Positions 22,878-36,988 of a stretch of 64,000 nucleotides of DNA are shown piece after piece. The position numbers were made by a program, and so were the translations under genes. This DNA is from Octopus sinensis (lineage: Eukaryota). Location: the NCBI RefSeq assembly GCF_006345805.1, contig NC_043023.1, positions 310,001 to 374,000 of the forward strand, read 5' to 3'. The notes under the pieces are model-generated. The model searched no databases and was not told the DNA's origin. It saw only the letters and a list, made by a program, of their open reading frames with translations. Each line of letters begins with the position of its first letter. The stretch's first letter is position 1.

Positions 22878-22929
22878 ACGTCTGATGAGACGGACGTGTT
22901 CTGCTCACCTACGAAACTCTAAGTCATGT
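22878..22929 (+). ncRNA. Type-I hammerhead-like motif
   Basis: ACGT-CTGATGA-G...C-GAAA-C-TCTAA-GTC-ATGT. Intact core and GTC triplet, 4-bp stem I, poorly paired stem II. Confidence 0.5.
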
Positions 22930-23027
22930 GGAGCTGAGTAAAACTGTTTTTAAAAAATGTATTGAACTCCAACCAAAATGTGTTGAGTACCGCTTTCTTT
23001 TATTTATCTCCTCACTTTTTGCGTGTG

Positions 23028-23585
23028 AAAGTGCGTGGCTTAGTGGTTAGAATATTTGTTTTACGATCGTAAAGCAGTGAGTTCGATTCTAGGTGGCGCG
23101 TTGCGTCCTTGAGCAAGACACTTTATTTCACGTTGCCCCAGTCCACTCAGCTGGCAAAAATGAGTAGTACCTGTAATTTAAAAGGGCCAGCCTTGTCACA
23201 TTCTGCGTCATGCTGAATCTCCCTGAGAACAATGTTAAAGTTGTGCGTGTTTGCGGAGTACTCAGCCACGTTAATTTCATGAACAAGCTTTTCCGTTGAT
23301 CGGATCAACTGGAAATCTCGTCGTTGTAACTGGCGGAGTGTCCTTGAGCAAGACACTTTACTTCACGTTGCTACAGTCCACTCGGCTGGCAAAAATGAGT
23401 TGTGCATATAAGTCAACAAAGCCAGAGCCTTGTCACATCCATTGTCACACTGAATCTCTCAGTGAACTGCATTAAGATTACACGTTGTCTGAGAAGTACT
23501 CAACCACTTGCACCATAATTTCACGATCAGAATGTTTTGTTGATCGGATTAACGGGATCCCTCGCCGTCGGAACCGACGGAATGC
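23028..23585 (+). mobile_element. Two tandem family C-type SINEs (23028-23345; 5'-truncated 23340-23585)
   Basis: tRNA head GTGGCTTAGTGGTTAG...GAGTTCGATTC, CORE-like GTCCTTGAGCAAGACACTTT, tail shared with 15357-15746. Confidence 0.85.
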
Positions 23586-23631
23586 CAAATATATGCTTGT
23601 GTGTGTGTGTGTGTGTGTGTGTGTTGTATGT

Positions 23632-25746
23632 GTATGTGCGTGCGTGCGCTGTGCGTGCATACGCATAGTAAGAAAGTGAGAGACTGGCTCAGTCTTATTT
23701 TTATCGAGTACTCGCAACCGTATTACATTTCATCGTACGGTACCAATAACCTCTCTCTCTCCACTCCTCTATTACCTTTTAGCATGGTAATATGAATTAA
23801 GCTGAGTGGCCTTCGTCATTATTACCCAGCGACTGTCTAGAAAACATAAAAAGATATAGTAGAAACCTGTTCGGCAAAACGGCAGAGGCTATAACCCCGA
23901 TATTGTGATTTGGGTTTTCACTTTGGCCTGTGTCCATGCTTGCCACGAGATGTTTCTTTTGAGCTCTTGTGAAAAGGCGTGGTGGTACGAAAACCTACTC
24001 ATGAATTAGCGTATATAAATATAAAAAAGCGAAGAGAAATAAATAAAATAATAAATATATATATATATGTGTGTGTGTGTGTGCATATAAACATATACAG
24101 AAATATAGAGTGGCGTAGCCATGCGAATAGACGTACATAGAAAAATAGAGGTATACACATGCGTATAACCATACATAAAATATAGAGGTATACACATGCG
24201 TATAACCATACATAGAAATATAGAGGGATACACATGCGTATAACCATACCTATACATAGAGGTGTATATATATATATCACCATATATATATATATATATA
24301 ATATATAATATATATATATATATACCAATCCACATGTGTTTCAATAACTGATATAGAAGAATGGAATAAAAGTACAAAAAGTAACAAAAAAAACGGGAGA
24401 AGAGTGAGAGTCACAATGATAGAGGAGGAGGGAGGGGGAGGAGAGAGCAAAATCAATATATTTGCATTTAATCATAGTTTGTTTCGGTGCATTCGGAGTG
24501 TGCACAGAGAATGCACGACATGCACAAGTGTGTCTATATTGTTGAAAAGAAAACTGTCATCATTGTGTATATAATGAGAACATACAATATACAAGTGTGA
24601 AATTATAATATGTGTATATATATGTGTGTGTGTATATATGTATATAATTTTATATAGGCGTACTCACGATTTTATGCTGTTTAAGAGTGGTATGTGTATA
24701 TGTGTATATATGCGTATATAATTTACATGTATACACACAGAGATACACATGGATATATGGATTATTTACTTCATAATTGCGTATAAGTATATATAAAAAT
24801 TTATCTGTATGTATAGCACACGCACGCATGCGTTGTTTCTCTATCATGTATATAATAGAAATGTATCTACACATAGCTCTCTATCAATGTATTCACACCC
24901 GGATACACCCGTTGCGTATCTGGCGGGTGTACAGTGGCACACGCATCCATATATATACACCCAGAAATGTCACAGTGATATACAGTTATATAATAAGGAA
25001 TTATTAACGTTAGAAATTATGTGTCACCGTTCACTGTATATGCGACTGTACACGGATGTGATGTATACGAATGTCTATATATATGGGTGTGTGTGTGTAT
25101 GTGCGTGCGTGCGCTGTGCGTGCATACGCATAGTAAGAAAGTGAGAGACTGGCTCAGTCTTATTTTTATCGAGTACTCGCAACCGTATTACATTTCATCG
25201 TACGGTACCAATAACCTCTCTCTCTCCACTCCTCTATTACCTTTAGCAGGGTAATATGAATTAAGCTGAGTGGCCTTCGTCATTTATTACCCAGCGACTG
25301 TCTAGAAAACATTACCTAAGATATAGTAGAAACCTGTTCGGCAAAACGGCAGAGGCTAATAACCCCGATATTGTGATTTGGGTTTTCACTTTGGCCTTGT
25401 GTCCATGCTTGCCACGAGATGTTTCTTTTGAGCTCTTGTGAAAAGGCGTGGTGTACGAAAACCTACTCATGAATAGCGTATATAAATATATAAAAAGCGA
25501 AGAGAAATAAATAAATAATAAATATATATATATATGTGTGTGTGTGTGTGCATATAAACATATACAGAAATATAGAGTGGCGTAGCCATGCGAATAGACG
25601 TACATAGAAATATAGAGGTATACACATGCGTATAACCATACATAGAAATATAGAGGTATACACATGCGTATAACCATACATAGAAATATAGAGGTATACA
25701 CATGTGTATAACCATACACTATAAGAGAGGTGTATATATATATATT

Positions 25747-25794
<48 letters not shown>

Positions 25795-26073
25795 AATCCC
25801 ACATGTGTTTCAATAACTGATATAGAAGAATGGAATAAAAGTACAAAAAGTAACAAAAAAACGGGAGAAGAGTGAGAGTCCCAATGATAGGGAGGAGGGA
25901 GGGGGAGGAGAGAGCAAAATCAATATATTTGCATTTATCATAGTTTGTTTCGGTGCATTCGGAGTGTGCACGAGAATGCACGACATGCACAAGTGTGTGT
26001 ATAATTGTTGAAAAGAAAACTGTCATCATTGTGTATATAATGAGAACATACAATATACAAGTGTGAAAATATA

Positions 26074-26116
<43 letters not shown>

Positions 26117-26575
26117 ATATATGTATATATTTATATATGGCGTACTCACGATTTTTATGCTGTTTAAGAGTGGTATGTGTATATGTGTATATATGCGTAT
26201 ATATTTACATGTATACACACAGAGATAAACATGGATATATGGATTATTTACTTCATAATTGCGTATAAGTATATATAAAAATTTATATGTATAGTATACA
26301 CACACGCATGCGTGTTTCTCTATCATGTTATATAATAGAAATGTATCTACACATAGCTCTCTATCAATGTATTCACACCCGGATACACCCGTGCGTATCT
26401 GGCGGGTGTACAGTGGCACACGCATCCATATATATACACCCAGAAATGTCACAGTGATATACAGTTATATAATAAGGAATTATTAACGTTAAGAAATTAT
26501 GTGTCACCGTTCACTGTATATGCGACTGTACACGGATGTGAATGTATACGAATGTCTATATATATGTGTGTGTGT
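23632..26575. repeat. Tandem duplication of an approximately 1.47-kb segment (23632-25096 / 25097-26575)
   Basis: The same unique sequence (GTAAGAAAGTGAGAGACTGGCTCAG..., 38-bp internal tandem repeats, CCCGGATACACCC...) occurs twice at an offset of about 1465. Differences are mostly 1-nt indels. Confidence 0.9.
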
Positions 26576-26699
26576 GTGTATGTATATATTTATATGTACA
26601 TATCTATGTATATATACGCATGTATATATATGCATGTATATTTACGCTTATATGTATATATATATATACATGTATATATACGCGTATATATATGTACAT

Positions 26700-26993
26700 A
26701 GATAGATATAGATAGATAGGTATATATCTATCTATATATATATATATATATATATATACCTATCTATCTATATAGATATATATCTATCTATCTATATACC
26801 TATCTATCTATCTATATACCTATCTATCTATCTACCTATCTATCTATCTATCTACCTATCTATCTATCTACCTATCTATCTATCTACCTATCTATCTATC
26901 TACCTATATACCTACCTATCTACCTATCTATCTATCTACCTATATACCTACCTATCTATCTATCTACCTATATACCTATCTATCTATATATAC

Positions 26994-27025
<32 letters not shown>

Positions 27026-27338
27026 ATATACCTATCTATCTATCTATCTATCTATATATACCTATCTATCTATCTATCTATCTATATATACCTATCTATC
27101 TATCTATATATATACCTACCTATCTATCTATCTACCTATATACCTATCTATCTATCTATCTATCTATCTATATATATACCTACCTATCTATCTATCTACC
27201 TATATACCTATCTATCTATCTATCTATCTATATATATATACCTATCTATCTATCTATCTATCTATATATATAAAATCAGTATGCATATGAATGTATACAC
27301 ATGTTTGTATGCTCCTCTGTGTGTCAATCCACCTGTGT

Positions 27339-27370
<32 letters not shown>

Positions 27371-28248
27371 CTATTCATACTCAGCATACAACAAAGCAAA
27401 ACAAAAATAATTTATAAAAAAAATAACGAATATTAAAAAAGTGCAGAAAATATTTATCATTAACATGGTCGTTGCTATGTTTTCTTTCCTTTTTCTTTTT
27501 AACCAATCACTAACGGCTTTAGCGACAATACGGAGATGCAGAAGGAAAAAAGCAGAACTGTTTGAAGCACTATATCAAAACCCAGCACGTCTACAGACAC
27601 ACGATATATAATACATATACATATATATATATATTATATATATATATATATATTATATACATATATATACATATACATATATATATATACATATATATAC
27701 ATATACATATATATACATATATACTATACATATATATATATATACATTATCGATATATACTAATATATACATATATATATAATACATATATATATATATA
27801 CATATATACATATATACATATATAATATATATACATATATACATATTATATATATACATATATACATATATATATATATACATATATACATATATATACA
27901 TATATACATATATATAACATATACATATATACATATACCATATATATATTTCATATTATATATATATACATATTATATATAATATACATACCCATCTATA
28001 TATATACATACATATTTATATATATATACATATATATATATATATACATATATTATATACATATACATATATCATATACATATACATATATATATATACA
28101 TATACTATACAATACATATACATATATATACATATACATATATATACATATACATATACATATATATACATATACATATACATATATATACATATACATA
28201 TATATACATATATATATATACATACATATATATATATATGCTACAAGT

Positions 28249-28310
<62 letters not shown>
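26700..28310. repeat. Large compound microsatellite fields: (TCTA/ACCT)n at about 26700-27270 and TA/TACA-rich at about 27600-28310
   Basis: Direct inspection. Confidence 0.95.
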
Positions 28311-28426
28311 CAATGCACATATTTATGACAATATACACACACATTTATGATGCTGAAAGTGATTGGAGATCCTGAAGATAGGGTCAAGACACTGAAATGT
28401 TTGAAACATCCGTACAAGATTGCTAC

Positions 28427-28472
<46 letters not shown>

Positions 28473-28759
28473 CAACCGCAGTGACGATGACGGAAATTGT
28501 AGAGATAGGTAGAGTAGAGGGGGAGATTGAAGCCTATTTGTACAAAACTCTGCCAACGACATTCATGTAAAAAAATATATTGATAGGAAAAAGTTTTATT
28601 TACGTTTCGTCCTATTATCTGTGTATTTCTGGTTTTTTTTGCAGTTTGCGCATGCGTACATATAGGCATATTGTTTCTAGAAAACACCTTTCCCCATTTT
28701 AGGGACTGGCAGAAACACCGTTTCTCCAAATGTGTGTCATGTTTTACTTGTACGAAACT

Positions 28760-29370
28760 ATTGTGATGTCTTTACTTGTTTCAATCACTAGACTGCAGCC
28801 ATTTTGGGGTATTGCCTTGAAGGGCTTTCGTCAAACAGATCGACCCTCGGTACTTACTTTTCAAAGCCTTGTAGTATTCTATCGGTCTCTTTTGCTGAAC
28901 CGCCAAGTTACGAGAACGTAAACGCATTAACATTCGTTGTAAATCGGTGGAACAAAGTCAAACACAAACACACACACGACAGGATACATACATATAACAA
29001 AACAGGAGGCTGGAAGAATTTATTGGTATTATTAATTCACCATTACACATGTTTCATTTGCTAACAGGAATTACGAGGTTGTACATGTAGAACAAATATG
29101 TAAGAAATTTCCTATTAGAAACCCTTCAGACGGAGAATCAAATAATCCTTTCTTATTTCTTTATTGCCCACAAGGGGCTAAACACAGAGGGGACTAACAA
29201 GGACAGACAAAGGGATTAAGTCGATTAATTCGACTCCAGTGCGTAACTGGTACTTTATCGACTCCGAAAGGACGAAAGGCAAAGTCAACCTCGGCGGAAT
29301 TTGAACTCAGAACGCAGTGGCAGATGAAATACTGCTAAGCATTTCACCCGACGTGCTAATGACTGCCATT
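28760..29370 (-). mobile_element. Family A 3' half (28760-28975) and family B SINE (29158-29370)
   Basis: Reverse-complement matches to the reference copies. Confidence 0.85.
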
Positions 29371-29789
29371 TTGCAGCCTATATACATATCTACCCATATT
29401 AACATACTACACCGAGAACTACAAACCTACCTGTTTACCTACCTGTATAACTATCTATTTACTTATATAGCTACCTACCTGTCTAACTTCATGCCTACCT
29501 GTCTATCCACACAACAACCTACCTACTTGCTTATCTCTATTCCTACCTGTCAAGATTGTCTAGCTATTTAACTTGTTTACCTCAATAACTACATGTTTAA
29601 CCTCTCTTATGTAATTACCTACCTGTCTACATATTTAACAACCTGTTTACCTGTATTGTTACATACCTTTCTTACCGAAACAACTTACCTCCTGCCTTTC
29701 TACCTGTATTATAACATGCCTACATACATACCTACACGTTTCTCTACATACTTATATGTCTACCTACATAACGACATGTCTACCTTCTT

Positions 29790-30200
29790 CTTCCTCCTTT
29801 TTCTTTAGCTGGCGACCTGAGGGGAAGGCTGTCCTCTCAGCCAATACGCTGCTGTGGGTGTTACTGGACGGCAAACTCTGGTGACGATGTTAATCCATGC
29901 TTTCTTAATCCATGATACTGGCCTTAGCATACTTTAGGTCGAGGCGCTGCGACTTCAGGTCAATTTGCAAATGTCTTCTTTGATGCGCTGCATGAGGAAG
30001 GTCTTCTTCTTTAGTCCCTAGCTGGCGACCGGACGGGGAGGCTGCCCTCTCAATCAATATACTGCTGTGGGTGCTACTGGATGACAGACTCTGGTGATGA
30101 TGTTATTCCACGCTTTCCAATCTATGGCGCTGACCTTAGTATATTCAAAGTCGAGGCGCTGTAATTTCAGATCTTCCTCATTTTGTTTCGCCCAAGTCTT
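29790..30200 (-). mobile_element. Two tandem RTE-type LINE 3' ends
   Basis: Minus-strand KTWAKQNEEDLKLQRLDFEYTKVSAIDWKAWNNII matches the RTE C-terminal TW...DL......A.DR..W motif. About 200-bp unit duplicated, each copy with a (GAA)-rich tail. Confidence 0.7.
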
Positions 30201-30442
30201 TGTCAAGAAGAAAGTTCTAACAACAGATAGCTTGCCCGTCATTGTGCACCTTGATGGCATTTATATTGAGCAGATCCGGGAGTTCAAATATCTCAGCTCA
30301 TTGGTTGAAGAGAAGAAAGTGGCGTCAACAACAGAGATCAATTGTCGAATCAGGTCCTTCTCTACAGCGCTGAAACCTGGACCATCATTAAACAGGATCT
30401 GAACAAGCTCGAAGTGTTCCAAATGCGGTGTGTTCGTCAGGT
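30200..30442 (+). mobile_element. RTE-type LINE RT C-terminal fragment
   Basis: KKKVL...LDGIYIEQIREFKYLSS...EINCRI and VLLYSAETWTIIKQDLNKLEVFQMRCVRQ match the RTE E.V..FkYLGS and vLlYgaEtW motifs. Confidence 0.85.
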
Positions 30443-30490
30443 ACGCACCTATATTTTATACCAGCTTCGATACACCAACTTTAACTACCA

Positions 30491-30523
<33 letters not shown>

Positions 30524-30617
30524 CCTATCTATCTATCTACCTATCTATGTATCTATCTATCTATCTACCTACCTATCTATGTATCTATGTATCTATCTAT
30601 CTATCTACCTATCTATG

Positions 30618-30648
<31 letters not shown>

Positions 30649-31394
30649 GTATCTACTTATCTATGTATCTACCTATCTATGTATCTATCTACCTATGTAT
30701 CTACCTACCTATGTATCTACCTATCTACGTATCTACGTATCTATCTATCCATCCCAGCCTCTCTCTTCATATAAGCCTACCTATACATCGACATACCGGC
30801 CTATATATTTATTTATATATCCACCTACTTCGTGCCGGATTTGAATGAAGAGAAACCCAACCCCACTAGTGAAGCTCGACCAAATCCCCCGCCCACACAA
30901 CTAGAATTGCAGAAATAAAACTTGGCCAGAGTCTTCCAAGACCTGGGGGCTAAGTCTACTAAATCTATAGGTAGATCCAGCACTGTAATTAGGTATACAA
31001 ATACCTGTTCCTTATACAAATTACCTGTCCACCTGCGAGACTACATGTACCTACAAAATATTTCGACTTTTTGTGCTTCTAACCAAGTCAAAGAAATGGA
31101 GCACATAGAGAGAGATAAGCGTACGATGATGCAGGTGTACGTACAGAGATAGGTATACGAAGTGACGGGTGTATGTACATACACATACAGAGGAAAGGAT
31201 AGGCATAATTACAAAAATACGTGTGGGGATGGGTATAGTCTATCTACACATACATTTACACACACAGGTATACATGATGTTCCTTCGGTAATAGTCTACA
31301 GAATGTCGGTATGAGTAGACGACATCACTCAGTCTCTTTTATCTATGTCATGAGGGAGGGCTGTTTGGGGGAATGACATCGTGTACCAATAACC

Positions 31395-31450
<56 letters not shown>

Positions 31451-32659
31451 AGACACATGCATATATGTTTGTGACGGGGAGGTATCAATGCGCTAAGAAA
31501 AATATACATATATGCATACAAACGTACATACATATCTGTATAGATATATGTTTACATATATACATTCGCACATTTCTTAAGTGTATGACAATACAATTAT
31601 AAGACATCCGCTTTAAGCGCACATGCGCACACACACATATAAACACATGCATATATACACACACACACAACCTTGTATAACATATACACACAAACTAATA
31701 TAACACGTGTTGTGCACTTTAGCTGAATGTCACCAAACAACAACGCGAACCGATGTATGCACAATCAACTGCAGTGTTATGCAATATTATATACACCCTT
31801 GAACAGCAGAAGAGAATAACCATATCAGAACAATGCATTGTGCAAAAGTGAAGAAAGCAGTTCGTTTATGTGATTGCAAGATATTTGTCTATAGATCAAT
31901 CTGGTTATTATCGATTTTCCTGCCATTGAAGTTGATAGCAATCACGGTGCGTACGCTCGCATTGATTACTTGCGCATATACACAATCTGGTGTGTATACT
32001 TGTGTGTTTGCGTGCATGTGTGTGTATTGCGATTGGTTGTATCAGTAGGTCAACGACACTTGCAGCCATGAGCTTATACACACGTGTTTATACACATGGT
32101 TGGATGTATGTGTAAATATGTGTGTGTGTATGTGTTGAAACAGCGGATCTCGAAGAACATAAAGCTATAAATGATAGACTGTAAATATTGGGTTGAAAAC
32201 CGCATTTTAATATAAAAAAAAGCAGACTTTTCCTATCCAAAAGTGGTTTTTAAACCAGATATGCTCACTCTATACTGTATAGCTTTGTGTGCTTCGAGAT
32301 CCACTGTTGCAAAAAAAAATTTTACGCATTTTTCTTGAAGGTGTATAAAGGTTCTTATGACGTCAACAACAAGAACACACATACTGCGCTGCATTATAAA
32401 TGCATTAGGAAATGTTATGTGTGTGTTTAGTTCTGCAACCTTTTCTCCCTTGTGGTACACTTATATTCTTTTCAAAATTCGGCGGAACACCTGAACTAAA
32501 CTAAAAGTTTAGGGAAAACGATTATATTCAGGTTACACTGCGGCACAACTAGCATCATCCTGTGACTCACCAGTGTGCCGCGGCATACCGATTGCGGAGC
32601 ACTGGAGTAGATATACATGTATTTATATATATATATATATATAAAATAAATGAGTCCTT

Positions 32660-32897
32660 TTAAAGACTAGCCAGGCTCATGGGTCCGGTTTCCCGGTTTC
32701 AGTGGCGTAGAAATTCCCCAGCTGGACGGGATGCCGGTCTGTCGCAGCGTTACTTATTTTTGCCAGCTGAGTGGACTGGAACAATGTGAAATGAAGTGTT
32801 TTGCTCAAGAACACAACGTGTAGCCCGGTCCAGGAATCGAAACCACAATCTTACGATCATGATGCTGACACCCTAACCACCAAGCCACGCGCCTCCA
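32660..32897 (-). mobile_element. SINE with family C head/CORE-like middle and a different 3' tail (family D)
   Basis: Head GTGGAGGCGCGTGGCTTGGTGGTTAGGG and middle GTTCTTGAGCAAAACAC...CCACTCAGCTGGCAAAAA as at 23028, but tail GACCGGCATCCCGTCCAGC...GAGCCTGGCTAGTCTT. Confidence 0.8.
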
Positions 32898-32964
32898 CAC
32901 ACACACGCACACACACACATAAATGTTTCTGCGTGTGTATATGCGTGTGTTTATGTACATTTAT

Positions 32965-33112
32965 CAAATTGCATTGTCAACTTTGCCTTTCATCCTTTCG
33001 GGGTCGATAAATAAAGTACCATTTTCGCACTGGCGTCGATGTAATCGACTTAATCCCTTTGTCTGTCCTTGTTTGTCCCCTCTGTATTTAGCCCCCTGTG
33101 GGCAATAAAGAA
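32965..33112 (+). mobile_element. Family B SINE, 3' part
   Basis: Central domain plus tail as in 4319-4548. Confidence 0.8.
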
Positions 33113-33881
33113 ATCTATCTATCTATTTACTTATCTATCTATCTATCGATTTACTTATCTGGCTGTCTGTCTGTCTCTATCTATCTTTCTATCTGTCCGT
33201 CTATCTATCTATCTATCTATCTTTCTATCTGTCCGTCTATCTATCTATCTATCTATCTATCTGTTTGTCTATGCATTATACATGCACAATAGTTTTACAT
33301 ATACTTCTATGCACTCAATATTCATTAGTGTGCATCATACTGCACTCCAGAAACATTACAGCATGTTATGCTGCAGAAGAACACCGAGATGCACCACATA
33401 AGCAATGCTATGCATTGTTGCACCATTCTCTGATGCACATATGCATTAAATTGCATTATTATACACGACGCTGCATATGCTGCACAGTTACTGGTGTTTC
33501 GCACATCACTGCACATACATTAAACAACATTGTATGCATTACATATGCATGTGTTTAGTGTCGTACAACACTACATTAAGCATGCAGAACAGTTGCATTC
33601 CACTACATGTGCAACGCGTTGCATATTACACACTACAGTGCAAAATAAATGCACGTGGCTGCAGTGTGGTATACAACACTGCACATGCACTGGTTTTCGT
33701 TGACTTTGCCGTGTTGTGGTGCATGCATTATGTTGCACCTTCAATGCATTAGCTTATATTGTTAGAATGCATTGCACGTGTATAATGCATAGAATTATTG
33801 TGTTGCACTATATTGCAGTGCATATGTCGGATTCTTGCACTGCACGAGTGAAATATTCTAACGTGTGTCTGTGTGTATGTC

Positions 33882-33913
<32 letters not shown>

Positions 33914-35330
33914 ATATATATATATAGACACACGCATACAAGTATACATATATAGACACATACCCTATCTCACTTTCTATATATGTGTGTATACACCAAC
34001 ACACATACCCACACAGTCCTCTATGTATGATACATACGTGTGTGTGTACATATATATATATATATACAAAGACACACACGCAGCTACATATATTACACAT
34101 CAACACACATATACGCACACTTATATATGTATATCTATATACCCACATATATACACACTTACATAATACTTAAATGCATATACATATATTTACACATATG
34201 TATATATATATATATATATACACACATGCATATATACATACACATTTACACACGTTAGGATATATATTAACACACACACAGGCACATATTTTCTACATTA
34301 TAAACTATTATTGTTGTTAAGCACTGAAAAGTACTGAAGCAGCCACGAAAACCATATCCACCCCTACCCTATTATAATCCCCAGTCACCATCGCCACTAC
34401 AACTCCCACTGACATCAACACCACTCTCGTTACCACCACCACCACTACTACCAACGCCACTAGAACTACCACCAACTGTTAGCGACACTACCACCACCAC
34501 CACCACACAAAAACACCAACAGCCATCACCGCTACTACCACCAGGATCATCATCATCAGCAGCATGACTATCACTGCCGTCATCATCATCATCACCAACA
34601 CTATCAACATCATAACTACGAATACTAGTACCACCACCACCACCACCACTACCACTACCATCATCACCATCACCATCGACACTAAAATTACCACCAATTG
34701 TGAGCGACAGCACCACAACCACCACCACTAACCTTACCCCCCAATCGCGCCCATTCACTACATTACCCCCACCCACCCCCACCGCATCCCTACCCCCGAA
34801 AACGATTTAACAAGTGCGCACTCAGCTTGTTAAGAGATGTTACACCATCCACGTTGCACCGCGGTGCACTTGTTTCCTGCACCTCTTAAGCAGTTCCTTT
34901 GATATGCCGGCGGGGGGTGGGGTGGGAGGGGTACGAGTGATGGCGATATATTTTTTTCTTCTTCTCTTAAGAGGGTTTCGTTTCGTTTTGAGGCGCACGT
35001 GTATATGTGTGTATATAAAGTACACACATATGTACAATGTGTGTATCTGTGTATATATATACATGCATCTTCCGACAAATATACATTAGCCCTGTTCTTC
35101 ACTATATGTTTGCGTGCGTGCGTACAGATGGGGATGTGTTGTGCATGTGTTTATGTGTGTGTATGTCTGTGAGTGTGTATCATTGCGTGTATATAATTAA
35201 GTATACATTGTATATTATATGCCTATTATATGCCTATCGCTTAGAAAAAAAAAGTACGTTTATTACACACACACGCACATATATAAATACATAGGCACGT
35301 GCAAAAACTTTAAGAAGTCAAATTTTTAAA

Positions 35331-35365
<35 letters not shown>

Positions 35366-35734
35366 TTATATATATATGTGTGTGTGAGTGTGTATAGTAT
35401 ATATGTTTGTGTGTATATGAGAGAGAGAATATACACAGTCACGAAGACCTATATAAACGTACAAATATCTATTATTTATATATTAGCTGTGTATATATAT
35501 TTATGAACGTATACATTCGCCACGCACAGATACCGAAGCAACAGAAGCCGTGTCTAGCTAATGAGTCACGTTTAAACGTCTGCTTAAAAGAACGCTCGAC
35601 AGATAAACCAGCTTAGAGACTTAAATCTCGTTGGACTTGGGAGAAAAGTTCCTGCTTGAAGCCAGCTTAACCTCTCACCTTTGACCTCGCCTCAGGTCAG
35701 CAGTGAAAACGTAATACAAGTAAAAAGAGGTGCA

Positions 35735-36215
35735 GAAACGGCTGGGCGATTAAGAAGCTTCCTTTGCAAACTACGTGCTTCCGGGTTCGGGTTCGGTCCC
35801 ACTCCTCGACTCCTTGGACAAATGTCTTTTACCCTCGAATCTACCAAATCCTCGTGAGTGGATTTGATAAATAGAAACTGTGTGAGTATACATTATGCTT
35901 TACTTTGTTTCAGTCATTAGACTGCGGCCATGCTGGGGCACCGCCTTGAAGGAGTTTTAGTCGAATGAATCGTTCCCAGTGCTTTGGTTTTGTTTCTAAA
36001 CCTGGTGCTTATACTGTCGGTCTCTTTTGCCGAACCGGTAAGTTACGAGGACGTAAACACACCAACACCGGTTGTCAAACGACGGTGGGAGCAAACACAG
36101 ACACAAAGATACACACACAGAAATATATGTATACAATGGGCTTCTTTCAGTTTCCGTCAATCAGATATACGAGTGGCTATAGTTGAAGGAACTTACCCAA
36201 GGTGCCACGCAGTGC
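35735..36215. mobile_element. Family A SINE fragments (plus head 35735-35880; minus copy 35897-36215)
   Basis: Similarity to the 669-1120 head and body. Confidence 0.8.
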
Positions 36216-36449
36216 GACTATTTAATAAAATAAATAAAACCCACGAGTCAATAGCACTGTGTATAAACTCTATACTTGGAATGACCAATTTTAAATACCA
36301 TTTAATCTTATTGGAATCTTATATGTATACCATTCTGCCTAAATAATTGATTTACAAATGCAATATCCCTGCATATCTCACATCTACTTTCATTCCTCCA
36401 CCTCATTCTCTTATCTAAATTAACTATTGCTTAAGCATTTTCTCACACC

Positions 36450-36495
36450 GTCTCCGATGAAGGGATAAGAGATATCCTGGAAACAGCTGTAAGAC
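36450..36495 (+). ncRNA. Hammerhead-like motif, second copy of the 6637 family
   Basis: GTCT-CCGATGA-A-GGGATA(AGAGA)TATCCT-G-GAAA-C-AGCT-GTA-AGAC, inside a repeat homologous to 6530-6745. Confidence 0.5.
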
Positions 36496-36954
36496 CTATT
36501 TATAAATGTTCTAAAATCTTCACAGCCTTGGTTTTTTATCTCATTCTGAAAATTTTTATATATATATATATATAGGTAGATAGATACATATGTGTATGTG
36601 TACACACATTTACACAAGAGGAAGCAAACGAAAAGAAAGTAGTAATCAACAGATTTGGTTGGAGTTACACGTACTAATAACAGTTTGACTCAGTTAGCCG
36701 TGACTCAAAGTTTCGTGTGTGCCAGGACATGTCCATATCTTAAGGTTGGAGATAGATGTGTGTGTGTGTGTCGCTCTACCGCTTGACAACCGGTATTCGT
36801 GTGTTTACCTCCTCGTAACATAGTGGTTCAGCAAAAACGACCGATAGGATACGTACAAGACTTTAAAAAAATAAGTGCTAGGAGCAATTCATTCGACTAA
36901 ATTTCTTTAAGGCAGCCCCCTAGCAGGGCGGAAGTCTAATAACTGAAATAAGTA

Positions 36955-36988
<34 letters not shown>

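Noticed and set aside
28372-28401. CTGAAGA...GAAATGTT hammerhead-like string
   Set aside because: No stem I pairing and a mismatched stem II.
28347-28512. Short plus-strand [18 protein letters not shown]...poly-N
   Set aside because: About 55 codons, partly an (AAT)n tract, with no good splice sites or homology I can recognise.
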